Source: a virus
IMG/VR virus record: IMGVR_UViG_3300025122_000006
DNA: 64,000 nt
Strand: one strand, 5' to 3'
Shown: one piece after another, positions 38,243-48,690 of the stretch
Layout of the letters: the number at the start of each line of letters is the position of its first letter
Numbering within the stretch: the stretch's first letter is position 1
Program-made: the position numbers and the translations under genes
The notes under the pieces: generated by a model
Told to the model about the DNA's origin: nothing
The model's database searches: none
Seen by the model: only the letters and a program-made list of their open reading frames with translations

Positions 38243-39183
38243 TCTCCAATATTATAATATTTTCTGTCATATAGGTTTAATAGTTTGTAAACTTTTATAA
38301 GTTCTTTGACCCCATCTTCCACCGTTTTAGTGGTATCAAATCCTAATTTTTTTATTTTTTCATATGAAACCTCATAATTTCTGTGGTCTCTGTCATAATC
38401 AAAGTTTTCATAATATACAAGACACTTAGTTTCTCTGGAAATAATTTCGCATACATCTTGTTTAGAATAACTCATTTTGTCGGAACCAATATTATACGAA
38501 TTACCAATCATTTTTTTCCATTTTTGAACACCCAGCAAAAAAGATTTTGCCATATCTTGTACGTGGATAAAAGATCTAATAAATTCGGGTTGATAAACGA
38601 CGATATACCCTTGTGTTTGTGCCAAATAGGTTAAATCGTTAACAAGTAAATCTAATCTCAATCTTGGGCTTGTACCAAAAGCAGTTGCAAAACGATAAGA
38701 TATACTATTCTTACGAGACATACAAAGACCTTCTGACTCTGTCTTCGTGATACCATACAAAGAAGTTGGGTTTAAAGGGGAATCTTCATCACATTTTAAA
38801 TTTTTAATTTTCCCGTAATTTGATCCTGTTGAACTATAAAACAACAATTGTTCATCTGACATCGTATCAATCAAAAGCTTGGTTCCTTCTATATTAACTC
38901 TCCTGGCAAGGTCGGGTTTTTTATCACACAAAGGGAAGCCAACTAACGCCGCCAAATGAATTATAATATCTTTTCCTTTCACAACTTCTTTCAGATTTTT
39001 TTTGTCTAAAATATCGCCTCTGATAAAATGAAAATTTTTATTTGAAAAATGAGGAATTAATGGTTGTGGATCATAAGACACATTATCATACACTGTTACT
39101 TCATGCCCTTCGTTTAATAACATGGGTATCAGAACAGATCCAATATATCCGGCACCGCCGGTTATTAAAATTTTATAAAACAT
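38239..39183 (-). CDS. NAD-dependent epimerase/dehydrogenase, Cj1427 (WcaG)-like
   Basis: GGAGYIG, LAALVGFPLC, YGITK, FATAFGTSPRLRLDLLVND. Confidence 0.8.
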   Translation of the reverse strand: MFYKILITGGAGYIGSVLIPMLLNEGHEVTVYDNVSYDPQPLIPHFSNKNFHFIRGDILDKKNLKEVVKGKDIIIHLAALVGFPLCDKKPDLARRVNIEGTKLLIDTMSDEQLLFYSSTGSNYGKIKNLKCDEDSPLNPTSLYGITKTESEGLCMSRKNSISYRFATAFGTSPRLRLDLLVNDLTYLAQTQGYIVVYQPEFIRSFIHVQDMAKSFLLGVQKWKKMIGNSYNIGSDKMSYSKQDVCEIISRETKCLVYYENFDYDRDHRNYEVSYEKIKKLGFDTTKTVEDGVKELIKVYKLLNLYDRKYYNIGE

Positions 39184-39210
39184 TCTCAACTCCGTTTTTA
39201 AATATTATAA

Positions 39211-40041
39211 TTATTCCACATCAAGTTCAGATAGAGTAGAATTTCCAAATCGCCTTTCCCAAACTTCCGATGCTTGCTGCCAATTATCGTAATCAATTTT
39301 AATCCTATTCCGAGCGCCAGTTTCTTGAGCATAAATACTATAAAATAAAGGATAATCATTTTCATGATAAGCTTCCTCAGTTGGTGGTTTACGGTTTTTA
39401 TTTTCAGGACGTTTAGCTAGAGATGGTGTTGGTATGTTAGTTTGCCTAATCACAATATCCGGTGACGGAAGAATACGGCCTCCAGCTTCCTGAACTCTAA
39501 AAGCGAGATCATTACAATTCATATTAACATGTTCGAATCTACAATCTATCCCGCCTATTTCACGATAATAATCCAAATAATACATTGCAATGTTAGCGAT
39601 TCTAAAATGCTGTCTAACTCCGGGGAGCCTTAAATCTCTATGATACCAAGCCGTCCAGAGTTGTCTCTGATCCGGAATAGGCGCATTGGGATTGGCATCT
39701 TGCTCAAAAAACCTAGAAGTCAAAGCATCGTGTCTATTATTCATACTCAATAAATCAATACAACGTGATAAAGCTAGAGGCTGAAATATACCATCTTCGC
39801 TGCCCCAGGTCATAAATTTACCCGTTGCAAATGTGGTGGCTCTTTGCAAACATCTTGAAGGGTGCCCAAAATCTTTCACATATTTAAAATTATCTTTTTC
39901 TAAAAGCTCTTGCGACGGATTATAAGGGCCGACACCAATAAACTCAAAAGAGTACTCTCCGACAGATTCGACAACACTCTCAAATATTTTTTCCCATTTT
40001 TCTGGCTTTATCCCTGGGAGGATAACTGAAACATCATACAT
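39211..40041 (-). CDS. GT-A (GT2-like) glycosyltransferase, paralog 1 of 4
   Basis: SVILPGI, TWGSEDG, GGIDCRF, C-terminal W...VWERRF. Confidence 0.7.
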   Translation of the reverse strand: MYDVSVILPGIKPEKWEKIFESVVESVGEYSFEFIGVGPYNPSQELLEKDNFKYVKDFGHPSRCLQRATTFATGKFMTWGSEDGIFQPLALSRCIDLLSMNNRHDALTSRFFEQDANPNAPIPDQRQLWTAWYHRDLRLPGVRQHFRIANIAMYYLDYYREIGGIDCRFEHVNMNCNDLAFRVQEAGGRILPSPDIVIRQTNIPTPSLAKRPENKNRKPPTEEAYHENDYPLFYSIYAQETGARNRIKIDYDNWQQASEVWERRFGNSTLSELDVE

Positions 40042-40063
40042 AATATAACTCCTATTAAATTTT

Positions 40064-40804
40064 TCATACTATACTAACCCCTTTCTTTTGTACTACTTTG
40101 GTCGCGCAACTATTCGCGAACCTTATTGCCTTACCAATATCAAGACTTTTTACATACTCTACTACCAAACCGGCAAGAAAAGTATCACCTGCTCCGCAAG
40201 TATCTTTTATCTCTACTTTCGGAACAGGATAATTTATTCCTCTATACTTTGCCCCTCCGGGGCCTAAAGTAATAATTAATTTTTGTCTCAAATCATCAGT
40301 TATTTTTTCCTTTGTAGATTCATATTCAAATTGATTAATTTTTATATATGCTATAAGAGACGCCCAGGGCCCTAAAATTTTTTTAGTATCGAGAAAAACT
40401 TTATTATTTTTGGTAGAAATATAATAAATATCGTCCTTTGTAAGAAAGCCTTTATTATAATCCGAAATTATAATCGCATCATAGTTAGAATAATCGTATT
40501 TTCTTACATCTTGTTTTTCATAATTATCATCATTTTCATCCAACCTTAAAATAACATAATTGGTTCTGGTGTCAACAAACCTTATTTTCTGAACATTAGA
40601 ATAATTTTCATTTGTTACCAAAGTTGCGTCAATGTTGGAAATGGCTTTTATGTTATTATAAACATTCATAGCCATACCACCATTTTCTTTTTTAACACCA
40701 TTATTTCTAAATACTGGAACCGGTGCCTCCGGAGCCAGCCTATTGCTGTCCCCATGTTGATAGACATCTAAACAACTTTCTCCAATAATCAAGATCTTGT
40801 TCAT
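40064..40804 (-). CDS. rfaE1: Heptose-7-phosphate kinase (RfaE domain I / HldA-like, PfkB family)
   Basis: RLAPEAPVPV, GGMAMNV, ISDYNKG, DTCGAGDTF. Confidence 0.85.
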   Translation of the reverse strand: MNKILIIGESCLDVYQHGDSNRLAPEAPVPVFRNNGVKKENGGMAMNVYNNIKAISNIDATLVTNENYSNVQKIRFVDTRTNYVILRLDENDDNYEKQDVRKYDYSNYDAIIISDYNKGFLTKDDIYYISTKNNKVFLDTKKILGPWASLIAYIKINQFEYESTKEKITDDLRQKLIITLGPGGAKYRGINYPVPKVEIKDTCGAGDTFLAGLVVEYVKSLDIGKAIRFANSCATKVVQKKGVSIV

Positions 40805-41967
40805 AATTCACCTCGGACAACTTTACAAATAAAGTGAACCTCTTCTTCTTCTAATTCAGGGTAATTTGGAACAAAAAATCCACAAGAATGTATTCTGTTG
40901 CTCATTTCATCTTCAAATTCACCATATCTCTTTACCCAAAATGGGTGTTTTCCTAGATTGCCGGCACTAAAAATTCTAGTTTCTATGCCATTTTCCACTA
41001 AGCGTGTTACTATTTCTTTTCTGTGTTCTGTACTATTTGCTAATGCCCCAAACGAGATAGAAACAGGATTGTGTCCTTGCCAGTCTTGAAATTCCACATA
41101 TCCTTCTAGTAGCTTGGCATAGAGCAAATGATTCTTGTTTCTTCCTCTGGCTACTTGATTTGCTCTTTCAATTTGACGTAGTCCTAAAAAAGCTTGAAGA
41201 TCAGTTGATCTAAGATTAAAACCGGCTATGAAGAAAGTAAAAGGTTTATGAAAATCATCTACCTCGGTTTCCTCAATTAGTTTATCATAACTATCTTGTG
41301 GTAAGTCCTTGCCCCAACCATGGCTACGAAGCATCAACAGGATTTCATACAATTCCTTGTCACTGGTGTTTACCATTCCACCTTCAATAGTTGAAAGTTG
41401 ATGTCCAAAGTAAAATGAAAACGATGACATATCTCCAATAGTACCTACCATTTGACCATCGCTATAAGAGGCCCCTAGAGCCGCACAGGCGTCTTCTAGA
41501 AGTGTGAAGCCATACTTACTCTTAAGAGCCAGCAAACGCTCTCTATAGTGTGGTACGCCTAGCACCTGAACGTATATGACTGCATCTGGTCTTTCTTTTT
41601 CGCATACAGCTTCCAATTGATCCAAGTCAATACCAAAGGTTTTTCGATCTGCCCCAACCATAATGGGTTCAAGCCCAAATTGAATTGCAGGCGCAATTGT
41701 AGTCACCCAGCCGACAGAAGGTACAACAATTTTTTTATTTGGAATCCTACCCGCCATGATTGCTGCATATACCATCAATAGATTGGCTGAAGATCCGGAA
41801 TTATTAAATACAGAATATTTCGTCCCAATATATTTAGCCCAGCTGTTCTCTACATCCCAAGTTAATTGTCCCTTGGTAAGACGCGGATAACCTTTCAACC
41901 AATCACACAAGGCATTAAGGTCTTCGTTATTGATCGTCTCTTTTGCCAATGGATATTTGATTTTCAT
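40801..41967 (-). CDS. colD: PLP-dependent NDP-4-keto-6-deoxysugar 3-dehydratase (ColD-like, DegT/DnrJ family)
   Basis: NSGSSANL, EDAC, SFYFGHQLSTIEGG with His at the position of the PLP-binding Lys, LRSHGW. Confidence 0.75.
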   Translation of the reverse strand: MKIKYPLAKETINNEDLNALCDWLKGYPRLTKGQLTWDVENSWAKYIGTKYSVFNNSGSSANLLMVYAAIMAGRIPNKKIVVPSVGWVTTIAPAIQFGLEPIMVGADRKTFGIDLDQLEAVCEKERPDAVIYVQVLGVPHYRERLLALKSKYGFTLLEDACAALGASYSDGQMVGTIGDMSSFSFYFGHQLSTIEGGMVNTSDKELYEILLMLRSHGWGKDLPQDSYDKLIEETEVDDFHKPFTFFIAGFNLRSTDLQAFLGLRQIERANQVARGRNKNHLLYAKLLEGYVEFQDWQGHNPVSISFGALANSTEHRKEIVTRLVENGIETRIFSAGNLGKHPFWVKRYGEFEDEMSNRIHSCGFFVPNYPELEEEEVHFICKVVRGEL

Positions 41968-42749
41968 TTTTGCTTTCCTTCCTCAAATCTTCTAGTCCAA
42001 ACTTCTGGTGCTCGTTTCCAATTGTCGTAATCAATTTCTATTCTATCCAAACAACCTGAGCTTCTCCAAATACTAGCATATAAAGGCTGATCGTGTTCTA
42101 GTTGCGCATAATGAATTGGGGCGTGATCGCCCGAGGGCCCAGGGAACTGTGTGCATTCAAAAATAACACCGATTAACGATGCATCTATACCGTCCAATTG
42201 GGCTCTTGCGCCAAAATCAACAAATGCCATCGGACACGCTTCAAATCTACAGTCAAACCCACCTAAATCTTTAAAATATTGAGTAGGCAGAACAACTGAA
42301 TTAAAAATCAAAAAATTGTTTGGATAAAAAGGAGATCTAACTGGTTCATGAAAATTCATAAAATACATTCCTGCTTTTGGATCCCCGAGACCATCGCTTC
42401 CCCCTTCAATATATTGCGTAACAATACACTTTTTCTCTGACGAAATTTCATCCAACTGCCTAATACACTCTGATAGTCCATATGGTAAAAACCAGCCATC
42501 ATCAGCAGTCCAAGTAAGATATCTACCAGAAGCATTTTTCATAGATAATTGCTGAGCCCTTGTCGGAGCACCGAAGTCTTGTATACAAGAAACATTCTCT
42601 AAATCTTTTAACTCATCCGGAAGTTCCGCATGAGGTCCACAGAAAATTAATTCAAAAGAATAATCACCAACAGATCCCACAATACTATTGTATAATCTTG
42701 GCCAATTATCTTTTCTTATAGCAGCTAAGCAAACCGATAAATCATACAT
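41964..42749 (-). CDS. GT-A (GT2-like) glycosyltransferase, paralog 2 of 4
   Basis: TWTADDG, GGFDCRF, GDHAPIH, WKRAPEVWTRRF. Confidence 0.7.
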   Translation of the reverse strand: MYDLSVCLAAIRKDNWPRLYNSIVGSVGDYSFELIFCGPHAELPDELKDLENVSCIQDFGAPTRAQQLSMKNASGRYLTWTADDGWFLPYGLSECIRQLDEISSEKKCIVTQYIEGGSDGLGDPKAGMYFMNFHEPVRSPFYPNNFLIFNSVVLPTQYFKDLGGFDCRFEACPMAFVDFGARAQLDGIDASLIGVIFECTQFPGPSGDHAPIHYAQLEHDQPLYASIWRSSGCLDRIEIDYDNWKRAPEVWTRRFEEGKQK

Positions 42750-43520
42750 TTAAAATCTCCTTTTCCAAATTGATGGAGTATCTTCCCAATTATTCAAATC
42801 TATTTTAACCCTTTCTAAACTAGAAGAGCTATTGTAAATTTTTCTAAAAAGCGGCTCCGCGTGTTCTATATGGGCGTAATGAACGGGGCCGTGATCACCC
42901 ATCGTACCCGGCATATGATCACAAACAAAAATAGGATGTTCCATCATAAAATACTTGGCGCCGTCTCTTTGGGTTCTAACAGCAAAATCCATATGAGAAA
43001 TAGTAGTTATTTCGAATATCGAATCCCAACCTCCAATTTGCTTGGCATAATCAGTCTTAAGGATGCCAACATTCAAAACCCAATAATCATTAGGTACAAA
43101 AACAGATCGTAAGCCGTCAGCATGATTAATTTTGTAATAAAAATCTTGTAACATATCCGGGCTATAATTTGATCCCTCTGTATATTTACAAGTAACTATA
43201 TCCTTATCGCTCGTTGCATTATTCGCCCAAAACCCTAATGCTTCGTCTAGACTATTATTTAAGAACCAGCCATCATCGGCGCCCCATGTAACAAACTCGC
43301 CTTCACAATGAACAAGACCAATCTGTTGACACCTTGAAGGGCTGCCGTAATCTTTAATAATTTTTATATTATCCAATGATTTCAAATCGTCTGGTAGATC
43401 ATATGGAGATACTATGATAATTTCAAAGGAATCGGAAAAGGAATCCATAACGCTGTTATAAAATTTCCTCCAGTTTTTTGTTCTAATTCCAGGTAGAATT
43501 ATTGATAATTTACATTTCAT
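42750..43520 (-). CDS. GT-A (GT2-like) glycosyltransferase, paralog 3 of 4
   Basis: SIILPGIR, TWGADDG, GGWD, GDHGPVH, IWKRRF. Confidence 0.7.
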   Translation of the reverse strand: MKCKLSIILPGIRTKNWRKFYNSVMDSFSDSFEIIIVSPYDLPDDLKSLDNIKIIKDYGSPSRCQQIGLVHCEGEFVTWGADDGWFLNNSLDEALGFWANNATSDKDIVTCKYTEGSNYSPDMLQDFYYKINHADGLRSVFVPNDYWVLNVGILKTDYAKQIGGWDSIFEITTISHMDFAVRTQRDGAKYFMMEHPIFVCDHMPGTMGDHGPVHYAHIEHAEPLFRKIYNSSSSLERVKIDLNNWEDTPSIWKRRF

Positions 43521-44448
43521 TTTTTTTATACCACTCAATTGTTTTTGTTAGCCCATCTAATAAAGATGTCCTATCGTTAATTTTGATACCATAATCGCTC
43601 ATCCTAGAAGAGTTTAAAATTTTACGGTATTGTCCGTCAGGTTTATCTGTGTTCCAATACAAAGTTCCCTTAAAGTTTGTTATATCCTTTATTAATTCTG
43701 CTAATTCCTTAATACTAATATCTTCATTAAAGCCTATATTTATAGGTAAATTAATAAAATCGTATCTTTCTAATGCCTGAACAATACCTTCTGCAGCATC
43801 GGAACAATATATTAATTCTCTTCTTGGAGAACCAGTCCCCCAACATTCCACTGCAGATAAATTGTTTTTGGCTCCATCAACAAATTTTTTAATTAAACCT
43901 CCAACAACTTTCGTTTTGTTCACATCAAAAGAATCATGTGGGCCGTAAGCAGTGTTGAAAATTGTACAGACAGCCATAGTTCCATATTGTTTATAAATTT
44001 GTTTAGAAAAGGCATGTATTGCTTTTTTACCTAAGCCATGCGCTTCAACACTTTCATCTGGGAGCCCGATCCAAAAATCCTCTTCTTTTAACTCGTCAGC
44101 GGTGCTTCTATATGCACAAGAGGCTAAAGTAGAAACCACCTTTTTAACACCGGATTCTGCACATGCTTTTAGAGTATTTAATCCCATCGTAACCGTATTA
44201 TAAAAAATATCTGTTGGATATTTCTTATTAAACCCAATATTTCCATTATATCCTGCTAAGTGTATACAATAATCCGGATTGTATTTATAAAAAGCAGATA
44301 TAGCTTGATTATAATCCAAAAGATCACATTCTTCATGGAGGAGAGGTGCAACAATCGCTCCCCTATTTAACAATAATTTTATTGTCGCTCTACCTATCAT
44401 TGATGAAGCGCCGGTGACAATTACTTTTTTATTGCTCAAGTTTATCAT
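43510..44448 (-). CDS. fcl: GDP-L-fucose synthase / ColC-like epimerase-reductase
   Basis: HLAGYNGNIGFN, YGPHDSF, WGTGSPRRELIY, DKPDGQYRK. The usual YxxxK is HGLGK here. Confidence 0.75.
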   Translation of the reverse strand: MINLSNKKVIVTGASSMIGRATIKLLLNRGAIVAPLLHEECDLLDYNQAISAFYKYNPDYCIHLAGYNGNIGFNKKYPTDIFYNTVTMGLNTLKACAESGVKKVVSTLASCAYRSTADELKEEDFWIGLPDESVEAHGLGKKAIHAFSKQIYKQYGTMAVCTIFNTAYGPHDSFDVNKTKVVGGLIKKFVDGAKNNLSAVECWGTGSPRRELIYCSDAAEGIVQALERYDFINLPINIGFNEDISIKELAELIKDITNFKGTLYWNTDKPDGQYRKILNSSRMSDYGIKINDRTSLLDGLTKTIEWYKKNEM

Positions 44449-44450
44449 AA

Positions 44451-45272
44451 CTATATTTTGTACCCTTCTTGATCACACAACTCTTCATATGAATTCGGAA
44501 TACCTTTAGAAAATCTTCTTTCCCAAACTTCTGGGGCTCTTTTCCAATTGTCATAATGAATTTTTATTCTTTTGGAATAATATGTAGGATTCGAATACAT
44601 TAATTGAAATATTGGAGTGTCATGAGAAACCATAGCGTGGTGTATTGGAGAATGATCCCCTTCTTCGCCCGGGTACCAGGTGGCTATACAGGTGTGTTTT
44701 GGAGGAAAGACAATTTTCCCACCGTCTTTCTGTAGGCGAAACATAAAATCATGTATAGGCTTGTCGATGTATTCATAGTTAATACAATCTAGCCCCCCAA
44801 GTTCTATAAAATAATTTTTATTCATTATACATTGATTTGCAATTTTCCAAGATTGATCAATTCCGGGTAATCTAAAATCACCATGAGTTTTAACTTCCCA
44901 GTATTTGGTTTCCATTTTGTTGCCGCCTTCGCCGTAGATCATGCATACAACATCTTTATAGCCACATTGTTCTTTGTAAGTGTCCATAGCAAGATCAATT
45001 GAATCTTCAGCAAAGACACAATCGTCGACAGTTAAAAAGAACAAATCACTTCTGATCTCTGGCATTCCTTTTTGGGCACATCTAGTAACGGTACCATAAT
45101 CTTTTATGAACAAAACATTTTCTTTATCCCAAAGTTCTTTCGGTGGCTCAAACGGCCCAATAAAAACTATCTCCCAACTGTATCTTTTACAGGCTTGCTT
45201 GACACTTTCGTATACTTTTGGCCACAAAGGTGTACGAAACGCCGGTATAAAAATTGATAAATCGTATTTCAT
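44451..45272 (-). CDS. GT-A (GT2-like) glycosyltransferase, paralog 4 of 4
   Basis: SIFIPAFR, TVDDC, GGLD, GDHSPIH, WKRAPEVWERRF. Confidence 0.7.
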   Translation of the reverse strand: MKYDLSIFIPAFRTPLWPKVYESVKQACKRYSWEIVFIGPFEPPKELWDKENVLFIKDYGTVTRCAQKGMPEIRSDLFFLTVDDCVFAEDSIDLAMDTYKEQCGYKDVVCMIYGEGGNKMETKYWEVKTHGDFRLPGIDQSWKIANQCIMNKNYFIELGGLDCINYEYIDKPIHDFMFRLQKDGGKIVFPPKHTCIATWYPGEEGDHSPIHHAMVSHDTPIFQLMYSNPTYYSKRIKIHYDNWKRAPEVWERRFSKGIPNSYEELCDQEGYKI

Positions 45273-45808
45273 TTAATAGCCTCCACATTTAAACTCATTA
45301 ATTTTCCGTTTTCCTTATCCATATGAGGATAGTAAGTCTGAGAATAATCGTCAACATGAAAATGCTCCGTATCTCCCCAATCGTATCTATTTATATCACG
45401 AAACCCAACGGTTGTCAAGTCTTCTTTTAATTTTTTATAATCCCATCCGTTTTTATGATAATCATACGAGTGTTTTTGGCTTCCCCAAAAAGTTGAATGA
45501 AGCAACCTTAAATTCTTATGATAATAGTAATGTGCAAAGTGCGCTTCCATATCTGGTACTGCCAATCTCAAAACGCCACCGGGCTTTAAAATTTTATACC
45601 ATCTTTTTAGAGCCTTTTCAGATTCGATATAATCTGCATGTTCTAAAACATGACAAGCGTATATAAGATCTACTGATTCGTTTTCGAACTTGTTTAATTT
45701 GAAAACATCGTCAACAATATCTGGGCTTACATCCTCCCTAATATCGATGTTTATAAATCCATATATTTTTCTATCGTAACAGCCCAAATTTAATTTTACG
45801 CTATTCAA
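45269..45808 (-). CDS. Class I SAM-dependent methyltransferase
   Basis: LNLGC, INID, HVLEH, ILKPGG..RLAVPD. Confidence 0.8.
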   Translation of the reverse strand: MNSVKLNLGCYDRKIYGFINIDIREDVSPDIVDDVFKLNKFENESVDLIYACHVLEHADYIESEKALKRWYKILKPGGVLRLAVPDMEAHFAHYYYHKNLRLLHSTFWGSQKHSYDYHKNGWDYKKLKEDLTTVGFRDINRYDWGDTEHFHVDDYSQTYYPHMDKENGKLMSLNVEAIK

Positions 45809-46761
45809 GTTATCCTCCTGTAGTGGTCCAAAAGAAATTCAACACTTTCATCAATTGAATATTTTGGTTTCCACCCAGTTTTTTTTATAAATTTAGATAC
45901 ATCTGGTATTTGCATTGTTACATCCACAGGCCTTAACAACCTCTCATCAACTTCAGATTTAATCGAAACAGAAGATTTAGATTTTAAAATATCTAAAAAT
46001 TCTCCCACAGTTGTAACGGCTTCCCCACCAACATTATAAGGAACTCCATAGTCACAATGCTGACAAGCAACCCAATAAGATTCCATGGCGTCCCTAGCAT
46101 CTATAAGTGTTCGAACTGAATTTAAATTACCATGGGTTAATATCCTTCTCTTGCCCTGTTCAATTTCCACTATTTTTCTTGCGAAAGCGCTTGAAAAAAT
46201 ATCTCCCCTCCTTGGATTTATATAAGCAAACATTCTAGTTATGACTACTTTCATCCCATAAGAATAAAAATAAGAACTGGCTATTTTTTCTTGTGTCAAT
46301 TTTGAAACAGCATAAATATTAACCGGCTCTAGTGGAGCCTCTTCTGTTATAGGAGTGTTTTTAACATCTACTAAGCCATAAACTTCCGATGTCCCACAAA
46401 ACTGTATTATCGGATCGATACCCACTATCCTAATAGCCTCAAACAAATTAATTGTATTACTAATGTTGTTTTGTAAAACAGCTATCGGATTTGAAAAACA
46501 TACGTGAACATTAGCATGAGCAGCAAGATGAAAAATATAATCTGGCCGGGCGGCTTGTAGTGCCCGGATTGTTGCACTCAAGTCTGTTAGATCACATTCA
46601 TGCATTTTAATTTTATGTGAAATTCCTTTCAAATTTGAATTTGAAGTTGTACTGTGCCACCTTGAAATACCATGAACTTCTAGATCAGTATTGTTCAACA
46701 AAAATTCTGCCAAATAACTACCACCACTACCAGCGATTCCTGTTATTAATGCTCTTTTCAT
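45805..46761 (-). CDS. gmd: GDP-mannose / GDP-manno-heptose 4,6-dehydratase (DmhA/DdahA-like)
   Basis: ALITGIAGSGGSYLAEFLL.NTD, SEVYG, YAVSK, GNLNSVRTLIDARDA, LRPVDV. Confidence 0.8.
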   Translation of the reverse strand: MKRALITGIAGSGGSYLAEFLLNNTDLEVHGISRWHSTTSNSNLKGISHKIKMHECDLTDLSATIRALQAARPDYIFHLAAHANVHVCFSNPIAVLQNNISNTINLFEAIRIVGIDPIIQFCGTSEVYGLVDVKNTPITEEAPLEPVNIYAVSKLTQEKIASSYFYSYGMKVVITRMFAYINPRRGDIFSSAFARKIVEIEQGKRRILTHGNLNSVRTLIDARDAMESYWVACQHCDYGVPYNVGGEAVTTVGEFLDILKSKSSVSIKSEVDERLLRPVDVTMQIPDVSKFIKKTGWKPKYSIDESVEFLLDHYRRIT

Positions 46762-47754
46762 TTATTTTCCTCTAACAAATGCATGTTGGATTTTATCATA
46801 ATCAAGAATTTCTTTACTCAAAAACAAATTATTTTTAATAAACTCTTTTAATCTATCATCGATACTAAATCCATTTTCATCAAATTGATTTACATCATGA
46901 ACCAAAAACGTTTTATCATCTGGTACGTCCATTTTATGAGCAAATCTAGGAACCCACTCTTCATGACCAAAACCGCAGGCTGCAGCTTCCGGACTTTCTA
47001 CTATTTCTTTAACGCTTTTACACCCGGGATATACAATATCCCAACCAGCTCCAAACACTTGAGTCTGTCCATCTAATCCTTGATGCATTCCCTTATTGGT
47101 GCCATGGTAGCACATTACGTCATTTGCTATAACAAATCTTTGTTTGACTGCCGCGGCAAGAAAAGAAAACGACGATTCAGAACAGTAGGAAACAAAAATA
47201 TCTGGTAATGGACGCCCATACTCTTTGAGTATTTTATTAGAAAAGACAGCACAATGTAAATTTGCTGTGGATCCTAACGGAACGACAAAATCTTTTTCTC
47301 TACCAAAAACATCCCAGATATTTTGGCTTTCATCAAAGTCAAACCACCAAAAATAACCGTTGTCCTTATCTATTTCGGGGGATACAATTCCGTTTTCTTC
47401 ATTTAGAATTCTGTTGTTTAATTTTGCCAAAGAAGTTAAATCATCTGTAAATCTTACATCAGAGGCTACATAAACATATCCATCAAATTCCCCAAACTCT
47501 TGAATGCCCTTGAGAACAGCGTGATTGAAAGATTGGTTAACGGCTAGCTTCTCATTCGTAAAATAGTAACTTATTCTATCCCCAAAAGCTTCATAAACTT
47601 TTTGAAAAGTTTTTTTACTTACAAAACAACCAGAAAATATAACTCTTTTATCTTCAAAGTTCTGATCAAGAATAGAACTGATATGTTCAATATATGTGGA
47701 AGAGTTTTCTCTCCCCGAGAGGCCACAAGTATTATATACAATCATTAAGGACAT
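46762..47754 (-). CDS. Putative GT-A glycosyltransferase (second paralog family)
   Basis: VYNTCGLSGRE, VNQSFNH, YVASD, PDIFV.YC.ES; paralog of 47758..48690. Confidence 0.55.
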   Translation of the reverse strand: MSLMIVYNTCGLSGRENSSTYIEHISSILDQNFEDKRVIFSGCFVSKKTFQKVYEAFGDRISYYFTNEKLAVNQSFNHAVLKGIQEFGEFDGYVYVASDVRFTDDLTSLAKLNNRILNEENGIVSPEIDKDNGYFWWFDFDESQNIWDVFGREKDFVVPLGSTANLHCAVFSNKILKEYGRPLPDIFVSYCSESSFSFLAAAVKQRFVIANDVMCYHGTNKGMHQGLDGQTQVFGAGWDIVYPGCKSVKEIVESPEAAACGFGHEEWVPRFAHKMDVPDDKTFLVHDVNQFDENGFSIDDRLKEFIKNNLFLSKEILDYDKIQHAFVRGK

Positions 47755-47757
47755 CTG

Positions 47758-48690
47758 TTATCTCACAAATTTATATTTAAGTTTATCATAATCAAAAGTC
47801 TTTTTATTCAAAAACATATTGATTCTAATAAATTCTTTGAGTCTTTCCGGAACTTCCACAAAACCATCTTTATATTTTTCTCTGTCATGCGGGAAAACTC
47901 CCTGCATCTCTTCGTATCCAAAGCCGCTGTCCCAAGCTTCTGGTTGTTTGACTATCTCTCTTATATCCAGCCCACCGAATAGATTATTTGTACTATCCCC
48001 CCTTGGGCCAATATGATGAAACCCACTAGTGGCTCCATCAACACTTTTAAGGTGTTCTAAGACCAAATCTTTCATAATAATCCATTTTTGAGAAACCCCA
48101 GCGGCTACAAACGAAAATACCGATTCTGTGCAATATGCTACAAAAATATCAGGAATTATTTTTCTATCGTAAGCTTTAAAAATTTCATTAGAAAATAATT
48201 GTGTGTGCAAATTACATGCTCTTCCGATTGGAATTTCAAAATGCTCATCTACTATATGCCCCTTTATATTAAACCATGGTCCAAAACCCGTATCGTTACT
48301 CGCTTGCAAAGTGACCATACCGTAGGGACCAGATTTGTACAAATCCCAAGTATCTTTTAAAGTATAGATATTGTCTCTAAAGTTTATTCCGGAATCCACA
48401 TACAAATAAGAATCAAATTCATCAAATTGGTCAACACATTTTTGCACAGTATGATTAAAAGATTGGTTTACTGTTATTCTTTCATTTGTAAAATTAAAAG
48501 ATACCCTTCCTTTGAATTCTTGTACTAATCTTTTCACTACTCTTAAAGAATTGCCACAGCTTGAAATAACCACATGAAACCCATCAAATTGTTGTTTTAG
48601 GATATTATTGACACAATCAATATACCACTCAACACTTTCTCTACCAGAAAAACCGCAAGTATTATAAACAACTAAAATCTTATTTTTCAT
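47758..48690 (-). CDS. Putative GT-A glycosyltransferase (second paralog family)
   Basis: VYNTCGFSGRE, VNQSFNH, YVDSG, PDIFVAYCTES. Confidence 0.55.
   Translation of the reverse strand: MKNKILVVYNTCGFSGRESVEWYIDCVNNILKQQFDGFHVVISSCGNSLRVVKRLVQEFKGRVSFNFTNERITVNQSFNHTVQKCVDQFDEFDSYLYVDSGINFRDNIYTLKDTWDLYKSGPYGMVTLQASNDTGFGPWFNIKGHIVDEHFEIPIGRACNLHTQLFSNEIFKAYDRKIIPDIFVAYCTESVFSFVAAGVSQKWIIMKDLVLEHLKSVDGATSGFHHIGPRGDSTNNLFGGLDIREIVKQPEAWDSGFGYEEMQGVFPHDREKYKDGFVEVPERLKEFIRINMFLNKKTFDYDKLKYKFVR

Noticed and set aside
39190-39225. TATAAT upstream of the 38239..39183 gene as a sigma70 promoter
   Set aside because: No correctly spaced -35 box; expected by chance in AT-rich DNA.
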